DNA of 64,000 bases from an uncultured Actinomycetes bacterium (GTDB lineage Bacteria > Actinomycetota > UBA4738 > CALAEC01): assembly GCA_964551945.1 (NCBI GenBank), contig CAZKFH010000004.1, positions 30,435 to 94,434 of the forward strand. Direction: 5' to 3'. The position numbers and the translations under genes were made by a program. The notes under the pieces were generated by a model. That model was not told the DNA's origin, made no database searches, and saw only the letters and a list, made by a program, of their open reading frames with translations. The stretch's first letter is position 1. Each line of letters starts with the position of its first letter. This document shows, one piece after another, positions 36,272 through 45,848 of this stretch.

Positions 36272-37759
36272 ATGGCGATCCTGTCGATCGACGCGGGCAC
36301 GACCGGCATCAAGGTCCTGCTCGTGGATCGGCGGGGTGAGGTTCTCGGCAATGGCTACCGAGAGTTCCCGCAGCATTTCCCCCAGCCAGGATGGGTCGAG
36401 CACGACCCCGAGGACTGGTGGAGGGCCACGCTCGACGCTGCGACCACCGCCCTCGGTGCTGCGGGGCTGGAGCCACAGGACGTGTCCGCGGTGGGGATCA
36501 CGAACCAACGCGAGACCACCGTGATCTGGGATCGAGAGACGCTCCGGCCGGTTCATCGCGCGATCGTCTGGCAGGATCGGCGGACGGCACCGCTGTGCGA
36601 GACGCTGAAAGAGGAGGGCTGGGAGGAGCGGATCGGCGAACGGACCGGACTGGTGATCGATCCCTACTTCTCCGGGACGAAGATCGCCTGGCTGCTGGAC
36701 AACGTGGAGGGGCTCCGTGCCGACGCCGAAGCGGGATCGATCGCCTTCGGGACCGTGGACTCCTACCTGGTCGCTCGGCTCACGGCCGGGAAGGTGCATT
36801 CGACCGACCATACGAACGCATCCCGGACACTGCTCTTCGACATCCACAAGCTCGATTGGGATCAGGAACTCATGCTGCGGCTGGGCGTGCCGCCGGCGCT
36901 GCTTCCCGACGTACGGCCGTCGAGCGGCGACTTCGGCACGACCGACCCAGAGGCGTTCCTGGGGATCCGCGCCCCCATCGCCGGGATCGCCGGGGACCAA
37001 CAGGCAGCGCTCGTCGGGCAGGCCTGCTTCGAGCCCGGTGACGCGAAGAACACGTACGGCACCGGGTCGTTCGTCTTATTGAACACGGGGACCGAAGCCG
37101 CTGCGGCCCCCGGGCTGTTGACCACGATCGCGTACTCAGACGCCGAAGGCGTCCGGTACGCGCTGGAGGGGGCGATCTTCGTCACGGGCGCCGCGATCCA
37201 GTGGCTCCGCGACGGACTGGGCATCATCGAGCAGGCCGGGGAGGCCGGGCCGCTCGCGGAGTCGGTGCCCGACACGGGTGGCGTCTACTTTGTGCCGGCG
37301 CTGACCGGCCTCGGCGCTCCGTGGTGGGACCCGTATGCGCGAGGGACCATCGTGGGGATCACGCGCGGAACGACCCGCGCACACCTGGTTCGTGCGGCAG
37401 TAGAGGCGATGGCGTTCCAGACGCGCGACGTCGTCGATGCGATGGTTCAGGCGGGCGGTGTGCCGCTCTCGGCTCTCAAGGTGGATGGGGGCGCCAGCGC
37501 CATGGACGCCATGCTGCAGCTCCAGGCCGATCTGCTGGGCGTGCCGGTCCAACGCCCCGTGATCCAGGAGACGACCGCGCTTGGCGCGGCGTTCCTCGCG
37601 GGCCTGCACACCGGTATCTGGAGCACGAAAGAGGAGGCGGCCTCCGCCTGGACCCTCGATCGAGAGTTCGTCCCCATCGACCAAGAAGGGGCCGCGGGTC
37701 GCTATGCCGACTGGCTCCGTGCGGTCGATCGGGCCCGAACATGGGACAGCGCCCGCTGA
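36272..37759 (+). CDS. glpK: Glycerol kinase
   Basis: 495 aa FGGY kinase; AIDAGTTGIK, NQRETTV.WD, GTGSFVLLNTG, and a C-terminal region typical of GlpK. Confidence 0.9.
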   Translation: MAILSIDAGTTGIKVLLVDRRGEVLGNGYREFPQHFPQPGWVEHDPEDWWRATLDAATTALGAAGLEPQDVSAVGITNQRETTVIWDRETLRPVHRAIVWQDRRTAPLCETLKEEGWEERIGERTGLVIDPYFSGTKIAWLLDNVEGLRADAEAGSIAFGTVDSYLVARLTAGKVHSTDHTNASRTLLFDIHKLDWDQELMLRLGVPPALLPDVRPSSGDFGTTDPEAFLGIRAPIAGIAGDQQAALVGQACFEPGDAKNTYGTGSFVLLNTGTEAAAAPGLLTTIAYSDAEGVRYALEGAIFVTGAAIQWLRDGLGIIEQAGEAGPLAESVPDTGGVYFVPALTGLGAPWWDPYARGTIVGITRGTTRAHLVRAAVEAMAFQTRDVVDAMVQAGGVPLSALKVDGGASAMDAMLQLQADLLGVPVQRPVIQETTALGAAFLAGLHTGIWSTKEEAASAWTLDREFVPIDQEGAAGRYADWLRAVDRARTWDSAR

Positions 37760-37860
37760 GGGGTCGCCCCCTGGGCATCTCGCGCTTTGTGCAGGTGCAC
37801 AAAGGGCACTCTCCAAGGAAGGGCGAATATCTCAGTGAACCCCAACACGGAGGGAGCAAT

Positions 37861-38577
37861 ATGCACAAGCGATCGGGTGTAGTTGCAACGGCAGTGATCC
37901 TCGTCCTGGCTTTCGCCGGCTCTGCCTCGGCGACGCACGGAGGAATCCATCCCACGTTCAAGGCGGAGAGGACCTATGTGCACTGTGTCGGGGCGAACAA
38001 GCTCCAGAACAACGACTTCCCCGCGCCATTCGACACCACCGCTCCTGCAGGCTCCTTCCAGGGAGGCGCGGGGTGTGGATTTGCGGACCCCGGTGCTCTC
38101 ATCAACACGGGCCCTGGTGGCGGCCAGGCCGACCTGGCGACACGAGGGACGTCGGTCGGCAACCTGAAGAACATGACCGTCGAGCTCTACATGCTGGGCA
38201 ACTACAACTACGGCCCCGTCTTCGGCAACGTCGACCTCGATGTGTGGCTTACGATCGACGGCGAGACGTACCTCGACCCCGCCACCGCGTGGGTGATTCC
38301 CCCGCTCGTAGAGACCAACGGCGGTGCGACCCAGAAGGTCGAGTTCACGATCACGAACCTCGGCAAGGTGACCACGTTCCCCGATGGGAACGTCGCGACC
38401 GAGGGCCTCGCCACGGAAGATGGCGACGGTGTCCAGGAGCGGGAGATCCTTCTCACGGTCGGGATGCACTACGGCGATGCCGCCGCCGTCTGGGCCTTCG
38501 ACGCCACCGAGGTGCCCACCGGCATCACGTTCAACGACCCGACGCCGGCCGGTACCAAGATCGCGGTCGAGGTCTGA
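37861..38577 (+). CDS. Secreted hypothetical protein
   Basis: 3' part of listed ORF 37201..38577; ATG 37861 after GGAGGGAGCAAT; cleavable signal peptide (AFAGSASA); Gly/Thr/Asn-rich beta-type composition. Confidence 0.55.
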   Translation: MHKRSGVVATAVILVLAFAGSASATHGGIHPTFKAERTYVHCVGANKLQNNDFPAPFDTTAPAGSFQGGAGCGFADPGALINTGPGGGQADLATRGTSVGNLKNMTVELYMLGNYNYGPVFGNVDLDVWLTIDGETYLDPATAWVIPPLVETNGGATQKVEFTITNLGKVTTFPDGNVATEGLATEDGDGVQEREILLTVGMHYGDAAAVWAFDATEVPTGITFNDPTPAGTKIAVEV

Positions 38578-38594
38578 GGAAACGAGTCAACGAT

Positions 38595-38618
38595 GAGCCC
38601 GCCCTTCGGGGCGGGCTC
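38595..38618. terminator. Bidirectional intrinsic-terminator-like hairpin between convergent genes
   Basis: Perfect 10-bp GC stem with tetraloop (GAGCCCGCCC TTCG GGGCGGGCTC) 18 nt after the + gene stop and 9 nt after the - gene stop; no U-tract, as is common in high-GC actinobacteria. Confidence 0.5.
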
Positions 38619-38626
38619 ATTCATGT

Positions 38627-39370
38627 TCAGCTTCGGGTGTGCTCCTGTGGCTGAGGACTTGATGCCGTCGTGGGAGCCACGACCGGCGGACGATCCTTTG
38701 CGGCGAGCTGCTTCTTCACCTTCGCCGCGTACTCGTCGACGTACTCCTGACCGGTGATCATCATGATCTCGTACATGATCTCGTCCGTGACGGAGCGAAG
38801 GACGAATCGGTCGGTCGGTCGGTCGTAGTAGCGATCAAACGACAGGGGCTTCCCGAACTCGACCCGAGGTTTGCCCTTGAGCCGGAGCATCTTCGCGTCG
38901 AGCGGCATGATGTCGGGGGTCCCGAAGATCCCGACGGGGATCACCGGCACCTGCGCCTCGAGCGCCATCCGCGCCACACCAGTCTTCCCCCTGTACAGCC
39001 GCTCGTCGGGGCTGCGCGTGCCCTCGGGGTAGATCCCGGCCACCCTGCCCTCACGAAGCGCCCTGATTCCGGCCAGGATCGCGGCCTCGCCGGCGGAGCC
39101 CCCCTCCCGGCGAACCGGGATGACATTCACGGCTTTGAAGAACCATGCGGTGCGCCAGGAGTCGAAGTAGTCCGCCTTCCCGAGGAACACGACGTCACGG
39201 GGGCACATCAGCGGCATGAACAAGCTGTCGACGAACGAGAGGTGGTTCGCGGCCAGGATGACACCGCCGGTTTCGGGGATGTTCTCGACGCCCTTCGCCC
39301 TCGGGCGGTAGATCCCGCGCAGGGGGGGTCCCAGGACGACGTGCTTCATCGTCTTGTAGAACGCTCCCAC
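38627..39370 (-). CDS. plsC: 1-acyl-sn-glycerol-3-phosphate acyltransferase
   Basis: 247 aa; HX4D motif (ANHLSFVDS), FLGKAD, IYPEGTRS, IPVGIFG blocks of lysophospholipid acyltransferases. Start may be the internal MKHVVLG. Confidence 0.8.
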   Translation of the reverse strand: MGAFYKTMKHVVLGPPLRGIYRPRAKGVENIPETGGVILAANHLSFVDSLFMPLMCPRDVVFLGKADYFDSWRTAWFFKAVNVIPVRREGGSAGEAAILAGIRALREGRVAGIYPEGTRSPDERLYRGKTGVARMALEAQVPVIPVGIFGTPDIMPLDAKMLRLKGKPRVEFGKPLSFDRYYDRPTDRFVLRSVTDEIMYEIMMITGQEYVDEYAAKVKKQLAAKDRPPVVAPTTASSPQPQEHTRS

Positions 39371-39452
39371 GCATTCACCTCCCAGGCGCTGTGCGGACGA
39401 CTCCTACCCTATTAGACTCCGGAAGACCCGAGCAAGGGTACGGAGGGTGGCA

Positions 39453-39578
39453 ATGATCGCAGCGCTCAGCGGCTTGGAATGGGGTTTCATCGCCCTGGTG
39501 GGCACGATGTCCGCCCTGGCCGGCCTCTTCGCGCTGTATGCGCTGATCCAGATATTCAGGAACCCCTCGCGCAGGTAA
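39453..39578 (+). CDS. Unlisted 41-aa hydrophobic small ORF (candidate small membrane protein)
   Basis: ATG 7 nt after GGAGGG; translation MIAALSGLEWGFIALVGTMSALAGLFALYALIQIFRNPSRR*; immediately upstream of the orphan response regulator. Below the 60-aa ORF-track cutoff. Confidence 0.3.
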   Translation: MIAALSGLEWGFIALVGTMSALAGLFALYALIQIFRNPSRR

Positions 39579-39608
39579 GACGGGGGCTGACGTCGAAAGA
39601 AGGTTTCC

Positions 39609-39977
39609 ATGGCCAACAAGAAGCGGGTCCTTCTGGTGGAAGACGACGAGTCCGTGCGCCGCATGGTGCGCGTCTCGCTCGAGATGAACGAATACGAAGT
39701 GATCGAGGCGAAGGACGGGCTCGAGGGACTGCTCCTGCTGGAGATGGAGAAGCCCGACGCGGTCGTCCTGGACCTGATGATGCCGGACGTGGGCGGTGAG
39801 CGGATGCTCGCTCAGCTCCGCAGCGCCCCCGAGACCAAGCGCACCCCCGTCGTCATCATCACCGGCAAGCCGGAGGTGGCCCCCGAGGTGATCGGGCTGG
39901 TCGGTCGCGAGAACTTCTTCCCCAAGCCGTTCGATCCCGACGCCGTGATCGGGCGGATCAACTCGATCCTCGAGTGA
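39609..39977 (+). CDS. Single-domain (CheY-like) response regulator
   Basis: 122 aa; receiver motifs (LLVEDDESV, VVLDLMMPDVGG with phospho-acceptor Asp, VVIITGK, KPFD). No output domain and no cognate histidine kinase in the window. Confidence 0.8.
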   Translation: MANKKRVLLVEDDESVRRMVRVSLEMNEYEVIEAKDGLEGLLLLEMEKPDAVVLDLMMPDVGGERMLAQLRSAPETKRTPVVIITGKPEVAPEVIGLVGRENFFPKPFDPDAVIGRINSILE

Positions 39978-40741
39978 CCGCCTCCGAGCGGGTCGTTCCC
40001 GGCGCGGAGCCCTTCTCGTTCGACGGCGGTCCAGCCGGCATCCTTCTCCTGCACGGCTTCACGGGGAACCCGTCAAGCATGCGGCCGCTGGGCGAGTGGC
40101 TCGCGGCTCGGGGTCATGCGGTCGAGGGCCCCCGCTACCCCGGTCACGGAACCCAGTGGCAGGATCTCGCCAGGCACCGCTGGCAGGAATGGGCCGCGGA
40201 GGCCGAGGGAGCCCTGGACCGGTTGGTACCGAAGACGAACGGCATCGTCGCGTGCGGGTTGTCGATGGGTGGCGCAATGGCACTGCATCTGGCCGCGAAG
40301 CGACCGGCTGTCATCAAGGCCGTCGTCGTCGTGAACGCCTTCCTGCGTGACCGACGCATCCCGCTCCTGCCGTACATCTGGCCCGTCGTGCCCACCCAGA
40401 AAGGCGTGGGCAACGACATCCGGAAGGAGGGCCAGACCGAGCTCCCATACGAGCGCGTCCCCGCGCGCGGGATCGCCGAGCTCGCGAAGTTCCTTCGCAC
40501 CGTCCGAAAGGAGCTGGCCTCGGTTCGTCAGCCCGTCGTGGTCCTCAACTCTCCCGACGACCACGTGGTGCCGAAGGGAACCGCGCAGTGGCTGATGGGT
40601 AAGCTCGGCTCACAGGAGAAGGAGCTCGTCGAGCTACCTAACTCGTACCACGTCGCGACCCTCGACCACGACGCCGAGCTGATCTTCGAGCGCACCCACG
40701 AGCTGGCCGAACGGGTGACCGCGGGCTCCGCTCCTCGCTGA
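39974..40741 (+). CDS. Alpha/beta-hydrolase (carboxylesterase / lysophospholipase-like)
   Basis: 255 aa; HGFTGNP oxyanion region, GLSMGG nucleophile elbow, C-terminal His region; GTGA overlap with the response regulator. Confidence 0.7.
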   Translation: MTASERVVPGAEPFSFDGGPAGILLLHGFTGNPSSMRPLGEWLAARGHAVEGPRYPGHGTQWQDLARHRWQEWAAEAEGALDRLVPKTNGIVACGLSMGGAMALHLAAKRPAVIKAVVVVNAFLRDRRIPLLPYIWPVVPTQKGVGNDIRKEGQTELPYERVPARGIAELAKFLRTVRKELASVRQPVVVLNSPDDHVVPKGTAQWLMGKLGSQEKELVELPNSYHVATLDHDAELIFERTHELAERVTAGSAPR

Positions 40742-40743
40742 CC

Positions 40744-41406
40744 TCAACCCAGCCGCAGGTCGGCGAGCACGGGCAGGTGATCTGATAGCTGCGCGTACCG
40801 TTTGTCGCCCGTCCAGACGCGTTCGACGCGGATGCCCTCCGACACGAACAGGTAGTCGATCCGGGCGCGCGACTCGCGAGCGGGAAATGTCGCGCCGTCG
40901 TCGAGCGGGGACGCCGCGTCCCAGTACCGGCTCGCGATCCAGGTGGCAGCGCCGCTACTCGGATCCTCGTTGAGGTCGCCGCCGACTATGGCCGGATCGC
41001 GTCCGGCGAGCAGATCGGTCAGGACCCTCGCGTGCGCGATGCGCTCCTTGCCGACCAGGCCGAGGTGCACGCTGACCACCCATACGCGCTGTCCCGTGCG
41101 ACCGAGCTGCGCCATGACCGCGCCTCGCCGGAGCCCTCTCCCTTTCCGTGGCAACACGGCGACCTGGCCGCGGACGACCCGCCACGGTGGTCGGACGACC
41201 ACGGCGTTCGGGATCCGCCACCGGAGCGTCGCCCCCGTCGAGCCCTCCATCCCAAGCCGGCGAGAGAAACGACGCAGGCGGAAGCCCAGGTACCCGGTCT
41301 CATTGAGGATGACGACGTCTGGTTCCTCGCCGCGCACGGCGTCCGCGATGGCCTTCGTGCCCGCGCGAAAGCCGTGCACGTTCCACGTCATCACCCGCAG
41401 CTGCAT
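40744..41406 (-). CDS. Endonuclease/exonuclease/phosphatase (EEP) family protein
   Basis: 220 aa; N-terminal MTWNVHG, GDLNE and C-terminal SDHLPV motifs of the EEP fold. Confidence 0.7.
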   Translation of the reverse strand: MQLRVMTWNVHGFRAGTKAIADAVRGEEPDVVILNETGYLGFRLRRFSRRLGMEGSTGATLRWRIPNAVVVRPPWRVVRGQVAVLPRKGRGLRRGAVMAQLGRTGQRVWVVSVHLGLVGKERIAHARVLTDLLAGRDPAIVGGDLNEDPSSGAATWIASRYWDAASPLDDGATFPARESRARIDYLFVSEGIRVERVWTGDKRYAQLSDHLPVLADLRLG

Positions 41407-41428
41407 CGCGCGAGCCTAGCTGAGGTCG

Positions 41429-42364
41429 CTACCGCTCGATGGCGGTGCCTGCGTCGCCCTCCAACGCCTTCGGTGCATCGTCTAGGGAGCAGACGATCGC
41501 CCGCTCGCCGCCGTGCTCCAGGAACTCGATCGCCGCCTCGACCTTCGGCCCCATCGACCCGGCCGGCAACGATCCATCCACGACCATGCGCTTGGCGTCC
41601 GTGACCGAGAGACGGTCGAGGAGACGCTGCTCGGGCGAGCCGTATGCCTCGTAGACACCCTCCACGTCCGTGCAGATCAGGAACGTCTGCGCCTCGACGT
41701 CGCGCGCGAGGATCGCTCCGGCAAGGTCCTTGTCGACGACCGCCTCCACGCCGACGAGACGCGGCCCCTCCTCGATAACCGGCACGCCACCCCCGCCGCC
41801 CGCGATCACGATCGCGCCCGACTCTGCCAGCTGGCGGATCACCGGCGCCTCCACGATCGAGTACGGCCGCGGCGAGGGCACCACGCGCCGCCACTTGCCC
41901 TCCGACTCCGCCGCGACCACCCAGCCGCGCTCCTCGGCGAGCCGCTTCGCCTGCGCTTCCTCGTAGTGCGGCCCGATCGGCTTCGTGGGGTTCTCGAATG
42001 CCGGGTCGTCGGGGCGAACGCGAGCGAACGTGATCACCGTCGCGACGGGGCGCTCCATGCCTCGCTCGTAGAACACGTCTCCGATCGTGACCTGCAGCAG
42101 GTAGCCGATCTGTCCCTGGCTCTCCGCGCCGCAGACGTCGAGCGGCATGGGATGAACCCACTCGCTCGCGGCCTCGTTCTGGAGCAGGATCCGACCGACC
42201 TGGGGTCCGTTCCCGTGCGTGACGACGATCTCCCAGCCGCGCTCCGCGACCGCGGCCACCCGCTCCGCAGCCCGGCGAGCATTGGCTCGCATGACGTCCG
42301 CCGAGTCCTCGTCACCTCGGCGCAGCAGCGCGTTGCCGCCGAGCGCGACGACAACGCGGGGCAT
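41429..42364 (-). CDS. arcC: Carbamate kinase
   Basis: 311 aa; VVALGGNAL, VTHGNGPQVG, GGGGVPV carbamate-kinase blocks. Confidence 0.85.
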   Translation of the reverse strand: MPRVVVALGGNALLRRGDEDSADVMRANARRAAERVAAVAERGWEIVVTHGNGPQVGRILLQNEAASEWVHPMPLDVCGAESQGQIGYLLQVTIGDVFYERGMERPVATVITFARVRPDDPAFENPTKPIGPHYEEAQAKRLAEERGWVVAAESEGKWRRVVPSPRPYSIVEAPVIRQLAESGAIVIAGGGGGVPVIEEGPRLVGVEAVVDKDLAGAILARDVEAQTFLICTDVEGVYEAYGSPEQRLLDRLSVTDAKRMVVDGSLPAGSMGPKVEAAIEFLEHGGERAIVCSLDDAPKALEGDAGTAIER

Positions 42365-42365
42365 C

Positions 42366-43679
42366 TCAGCCCCCGAGCCGCTCGCGCAGGATCTCGGCGA
42401 TCGTCGGTTGTCCCGGCTGCTCCTCGAGCTCGTACATCACGCGGACCGAGGGCTTGCGGATGTCGGCGATCTTCGCGAGATCGACCGGCGTCGCGATGAC
42501 GACGAGATCGACGGGGGCGGCGTCGATGGTCCGCTCAAGCTCGTCGATCTGCTCGGCCGAGTAGCCCATCGCGGGCAGGACCGGTCCCACGGGATATTTC
42601 TCGTACACGCCCTTCAGCGAACCGATCGCATAGGGGCGAGGATCGACGATGTCGGCAGCGCCGTTGTTCCGCGCGGCAACCACGCCCGCCCCGTAGGTCA
42701 TCTCGCCATGGCTGAGCGTCGGGCCATCCTCGATCACGAGCACGCGGGCGCCCTGAACCGCGGACGGGTCATCCACCGTGACGGGGCTGTTCGCTCGGAT
42801 GAGGGTTGCGGTCGGGTTCAGCTCCGCGGCCGCCGCCGCGACACTCTCGACATCCTCCGGCTCTGCGGTGTCGCACTTGTTGATCACGATCACGTCGGCG
42901 CGCCGGAAGTTCGCCTCGCCCGGGTGGTAGGTCGTCTCGTGGCCGGCACGGTGCGGGTCCGCGACCACGATGTGCACGTTTGGCCGGAAGAACGGGAGGT
43001 CGTTGTTGCCGCCGTCCCAGAGGACGACGTCGGCCTCCGCCTGCGCCGCCTTCAGGATCTCCTCGTAATCAACGCCCGCATACACGATGGTGCCGGCGGC
43101 CAGGTGCGCCTCGTACTCCTCGCGCTCCTCAACGGTCGCCTCCGCCTCCAGAAGGTCCTCGTACGAGGCGAAACGCTGCACGCGCTGCGCGACCAGATCG
43201 CCGTAGGGCATGGGGTGGCGCACGACAACGGTGGTGCGATCCTGATCCTTGAGGGCGCGGACCACCGCGCGCGTGGTTTGGCTCTTGCCCGCACCCGTCC
43301 TGACCGCACAGATGGCGACCACGGGCTTGGTCGACTCGATCATGGTGGCGTCGGGACCCAGCAGCGTGAAGTCCGGGCCGGCAGCGAGTACGAGCGATGC
43401 GCGGTGCATGACGGTCTCGTGGGAGACGTCGGAGTACGCGAAGACGACCTCGTCAACGTCCGTCTCGCGAAGGAGGCGTTGCAGGTCGCCCTCGGGATGG
43501 ATGGGGATGCCCTCCGGGTAGCGAGACCCGGCGAGCTCCGGCGGATAGCGCCTGCTCTCGATGCCGGGGATCTGCGTGGCGGTGAACGCGACGACGTTGA
43601 CCTCCGGATCGTCGCGATAGGTGACGTTGAAGTTGTGGAAGTCGCGCCCTGCAGCGCCCATGATCAGCACGTTCCTCAC
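42366..43679 (-). CDS. COG2403-like P-loop protein (cyclic 2,3-diphosphoglycerate synthetase family fold)
   Basis: 3' part of listed 815-aa ORF; GTG start 43679 5 nt after GAGGAGGA. Walker-A-like VAICAVRTGAGKSQTT; 2-nt gap to arcC (same operon). Confidence 0.55.
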   Translation of the reverse strand: MRNVLIMGAAGRDFHNFNVTYRDDPEVNVVAFTATQIPGIESRRYPPELAGSRYPEGIPIHPEGDLQRLLRETDVDEVVFAYSDVSHETVMHRASLVLAAGPDFTLLGPDATMIESTKPVVAICAVRTGAGKSQTTRAVVRALKDQDRTTVVVRHPMPYGDLVAQRVQRFASYEDLLEAEATVEEREEYEAHLAAGTIVYAGVDYEEILKAAQAEADVVLWDGGNNDLPFFRPNVHIVVADPHRAGHETTYHPGEANFRRADVIVINKCDTAEPEDVESVAAAAAELNPTATLIRANSPVTVDDPSAVQGARVLVIEDGPTLSHGEMTYGAGVVAARNNGAADIVDPRPYAIGSLKGVYEKYPVGPVLPAMGYSAEQIDELERTIDAAPVDLVVIATPVDLAKIADIRKPSVRVMYELEEQPGQPTIAEILRERLGG

Positions 43680-43750
43680 GTTTCCTCCTCGTCGTTGAGG
43701 CTCCGAGCGTGGGCCCGGAATCTCGAAGGATAGCGGGTGCGACCGTACGC

Positions 43751-44641
43751 TCAGGAGCGGAGGGCGGGGAGGACGCGCTCGGCGAGCAGCGCCCGGCGGT
43801 CGGCGGGGCCGGCCAGGACCATCACTGCCCACCCCGCCCCCGTCTCGGCGATCTCCCGCAGGAACGCCGTCAGCTCGTCGGTGGTGCCGACCCAGGCGTC
43901 GTCGTCGATGCCTCGCTCCTTTCGCTTCTGAAGCAGCTCCCGGGTTTCCTTCTCGTCGGAGCCGGCCAACGCGATCCCCGCCCACGTGGGTGTCACCGTC
44001 CGACCCTCCGAAGCATCGCGGAGCACCTCGACCTTCGCGGCGAAGCGGGCCGCATCGAGCCCCCAGCCGTTCCAGCCGTCGGCGATCCGGCCGGCCATGC
44101 GCACGACCGTGTCGGCCTGTGCTCCGATCCAGATAGGAGGCCCGCCCGGTCGGGGCGGCGGGAGCAGCGGACCCTCGAGCGGCGGCACGCGCGACCCTCC
44201 GGCGTACCGCTCGCCGTGGAACAAAGCCTTCAGCGCCCTTACCGTCTGCTCGAGGTGCTCGCGACGAGCCGGCTTGTCGAGCTCGGGGATGCCGTACGCG
44301 ATGTGCTCGGGTCGGTCGATCGGATCGCCGGTCCCGATGCCCAGCACGAAACGTCCCCCTGAAGCTGTGTCGAGCCACGCCGCCTGCTTCGCGAGGAGCC
44401 CCGGAGGCCGAAGCGAGGCACGAGTCACCATCGTGCCGATCTGGACGCGCTCCGTGACGGCGGCCACCGCCGCCAGGGTCGTGAACGCTTCCAGCGCGGC
44501 TCGGTCGCGAGGGGCGCCCGGCGGGAAGAAATGGTCGAACGCGAACACGCCGTCGAACCCCAACTCCTCCGCATCGCGAGCGGCAGCCAGGACCTTCGCC
44601 GGGTCCCCGGAGAACAGCGGCAGGATCAGCCCGATCTTCAC
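43751..44641 (-). CDS. LLM-class F420-dependent oxidoreductase (luciferase-like monooxygenase family)
   Basis: 296 aa TIM-barrel LLM protein (GFDGVFAFDH, LGIGTG); family typical of F420-utilising actinobacteria. Confidence 0.75.
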   Translation of the reverse strand: MKIGLILPLFSGDPAKVLAAARDAEELGFDGVFAFDHFFPPGAPRDRAALEAFTTLAAVAAVTERVQIGTMVTRASLRPPGLLAKQAAWLDTASGGRFVLGIGTGDPIDRPEHIAYGIPELDKPARREHLEQTVRALKALFHGERYAGGSRVPPLEGPLLPPPRPGGPPIWIGAQADTVVRMAGRIADGWNGWGLDAARFAAKVEVLRDASEGRTVTPTWAGIALAGSDEKETRELLQKRKERGIDDDAWVGTTDELTAFLREIAETGAGWAVMVLAGPADRRALLAERVLPALRS

Positions 44642-45570
44642 GTCGCCAGATCGAGCGCGAGGGCCGCCGCTCCCATCGCGCCGGCCTCCTTGCCGAGCTC
44701 GGCAACCACGATGGGCACCTCGGGCCGACGATCGAAAGCCTCGACGGTCTCTCGGAACGCTCGCCTCGCCGGGTCAAGCAGTAGCTCGCCCTCTTCGGCG
44801 ACCCCGCCCCCAACGACGACGATCTCGGGATCCAGCACGTTCACCAGACCCGCCAGCCCCTCGCCGAGGCGGCGCCCAACCTCGTCGAAGATGCCGCGGG
44901 CGGCTCTGTCTCCCTGTCGGGCCGCTTCAGCGGCGTGTCGCCCCTCGACGACTCCGCCCTCGGCAACGCGCGCGATCTCACCGGCAGGATCGCGCTCGGC
45001 CTCGTCCCTGGCCAGCCGGTCCAACGCCCGGCCGCTCGCGACCTGCTCCCAGCACCCACGGTTGCCGCACCCACACTCGGGGCCGTTCGGCTCCACGATG
45101 ATGTGGCCGATCTCGGCCGCGAACCCGTGCGCACCCCGGTACACCTGTCCGCCCGCCACGAGCGCACCCCCAATCCCGGTGCCGACGGTGACCAGAAGAA
45201 CGTGATCGTGCCCGCGGGCGGCACCGAACTGATGCTCGCCCCAGCCCGCAGCGTTCGCGTCGTTATCCACGACACATGGCAGTCCCGAGCGCTGCTGAAG
45301 CATGTCGCGGATCGGGACGTCTCGAAGGGGCAAGTTGGGCGCGAACCGCAAAGCGCCTGCCTCGAAGTCGACCATCCCCGCGGCGCCGATGCCGACCGCC
45401 GAGGTGTCCGCATCCGTGAGGCTCCCGACCAGACGAATGAGCTCCTCGAGGATCGCGGAGGCGTCCGTGGGAGTTGGCGTCTCGTCCCTCGCCAAGATCT
45501 CACCACGCTGGTCCATGCGGACCCCGGCGATCTTCGTCCCGCCCAGGTCGATGCCGACGACGACCGGCAC
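44638..45570 (-). CDS. ROK-family sugar kinase (glucokinase-like)
   Basis: 310 aa; GIDLGGTK, ROK Zn motif GHIIVEPNGPECGCGNRGCWE; ATGA overlap with the LLM gene. Confidence 0.8.
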   Translation of the reverse strand: MPVVVGIDLGGTKIAGVRMDQRGEILARDETPTPTDASAILEELIRLVGSLTDADTSAVGIGAAGMVDFEAGALRFAPNLPLRDVPIRDMLQQRSGLPCVVDNDANAAGWGEHQFGAARGHDHVLLVTVGTGIGGALVAGGQVYRGAHGFAAEIGHIIVEPNGPECGCGNRGCWEQVASGRALDRLARDEAERDPAGEIARVAEGGVVEGRHAAEAARQGDRAARGIFDEVGRRLGEGLAGLVNVLDPEIVVVGGGVAEEGELLLDPARRAFRETVEAFDRRPEVPIVVAELGKEAGAMGAAALALDLAT

Positions 45571-45587
45571 GGGCTAGACGCGCGTCG

Positions 45588-45848
45588 TCAATCGAGCTCG
45601 ATCTTCTCGATCTGGGAGGGCCGGCCGAGGTCGTCGGCGCGCGCGTTCATCACCGCGGTCAGCGCCAGCACGAACTCGCGCCCCGCGGCCACGAGATGCT
45701 CGATCGCCTCGGGCTTGGCACTGCCCGTCACGGTCAGGAACATGCCGACGGGACAGAACCCGACGGGGCACACGTGATCGGCCTTCGGTTCATCCGTTCG
45801 CGGTGCTTTCTTCTGGGCCATCTCTCCTCCGTCATCCGCGGCCGGCAC
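45588..45848 (-). CDS. Small Cys-containing hypothetical protein
   Basis: 86 aa with CPVGFCPVG motif; 17-nt overlap with the ArsA-like gene stop. Coding status uncertain (a competing 65-aa ORF lies in another frame). Confidence 0.3.
   Translation of the reverse strand: MPAADDGGEMAQKKAPRTDEPKADHVCPVGFCPVGMFLTVTGSAKPEAIEHLVAAGREFVLALTAVMNARADDLGRPSQIEKIELD

Noticed and set aside
39404-39664. 86-aa minus-strand ORF
   Set aside because: Antisense to a better-supported small plus-strand ORF with Shine-Dalgarno and to the response-regulator start; Arg/Ser-rich translation.
42366-44813. Full 815-aa reading of the minus ORF
   Set aside because: Only the 3' 437 codons (from GTG 43679 with strong SD) resemble a real protein. 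The upstream part is low-complexity and overlaps the LLM oxidoreductase gene in another frame.
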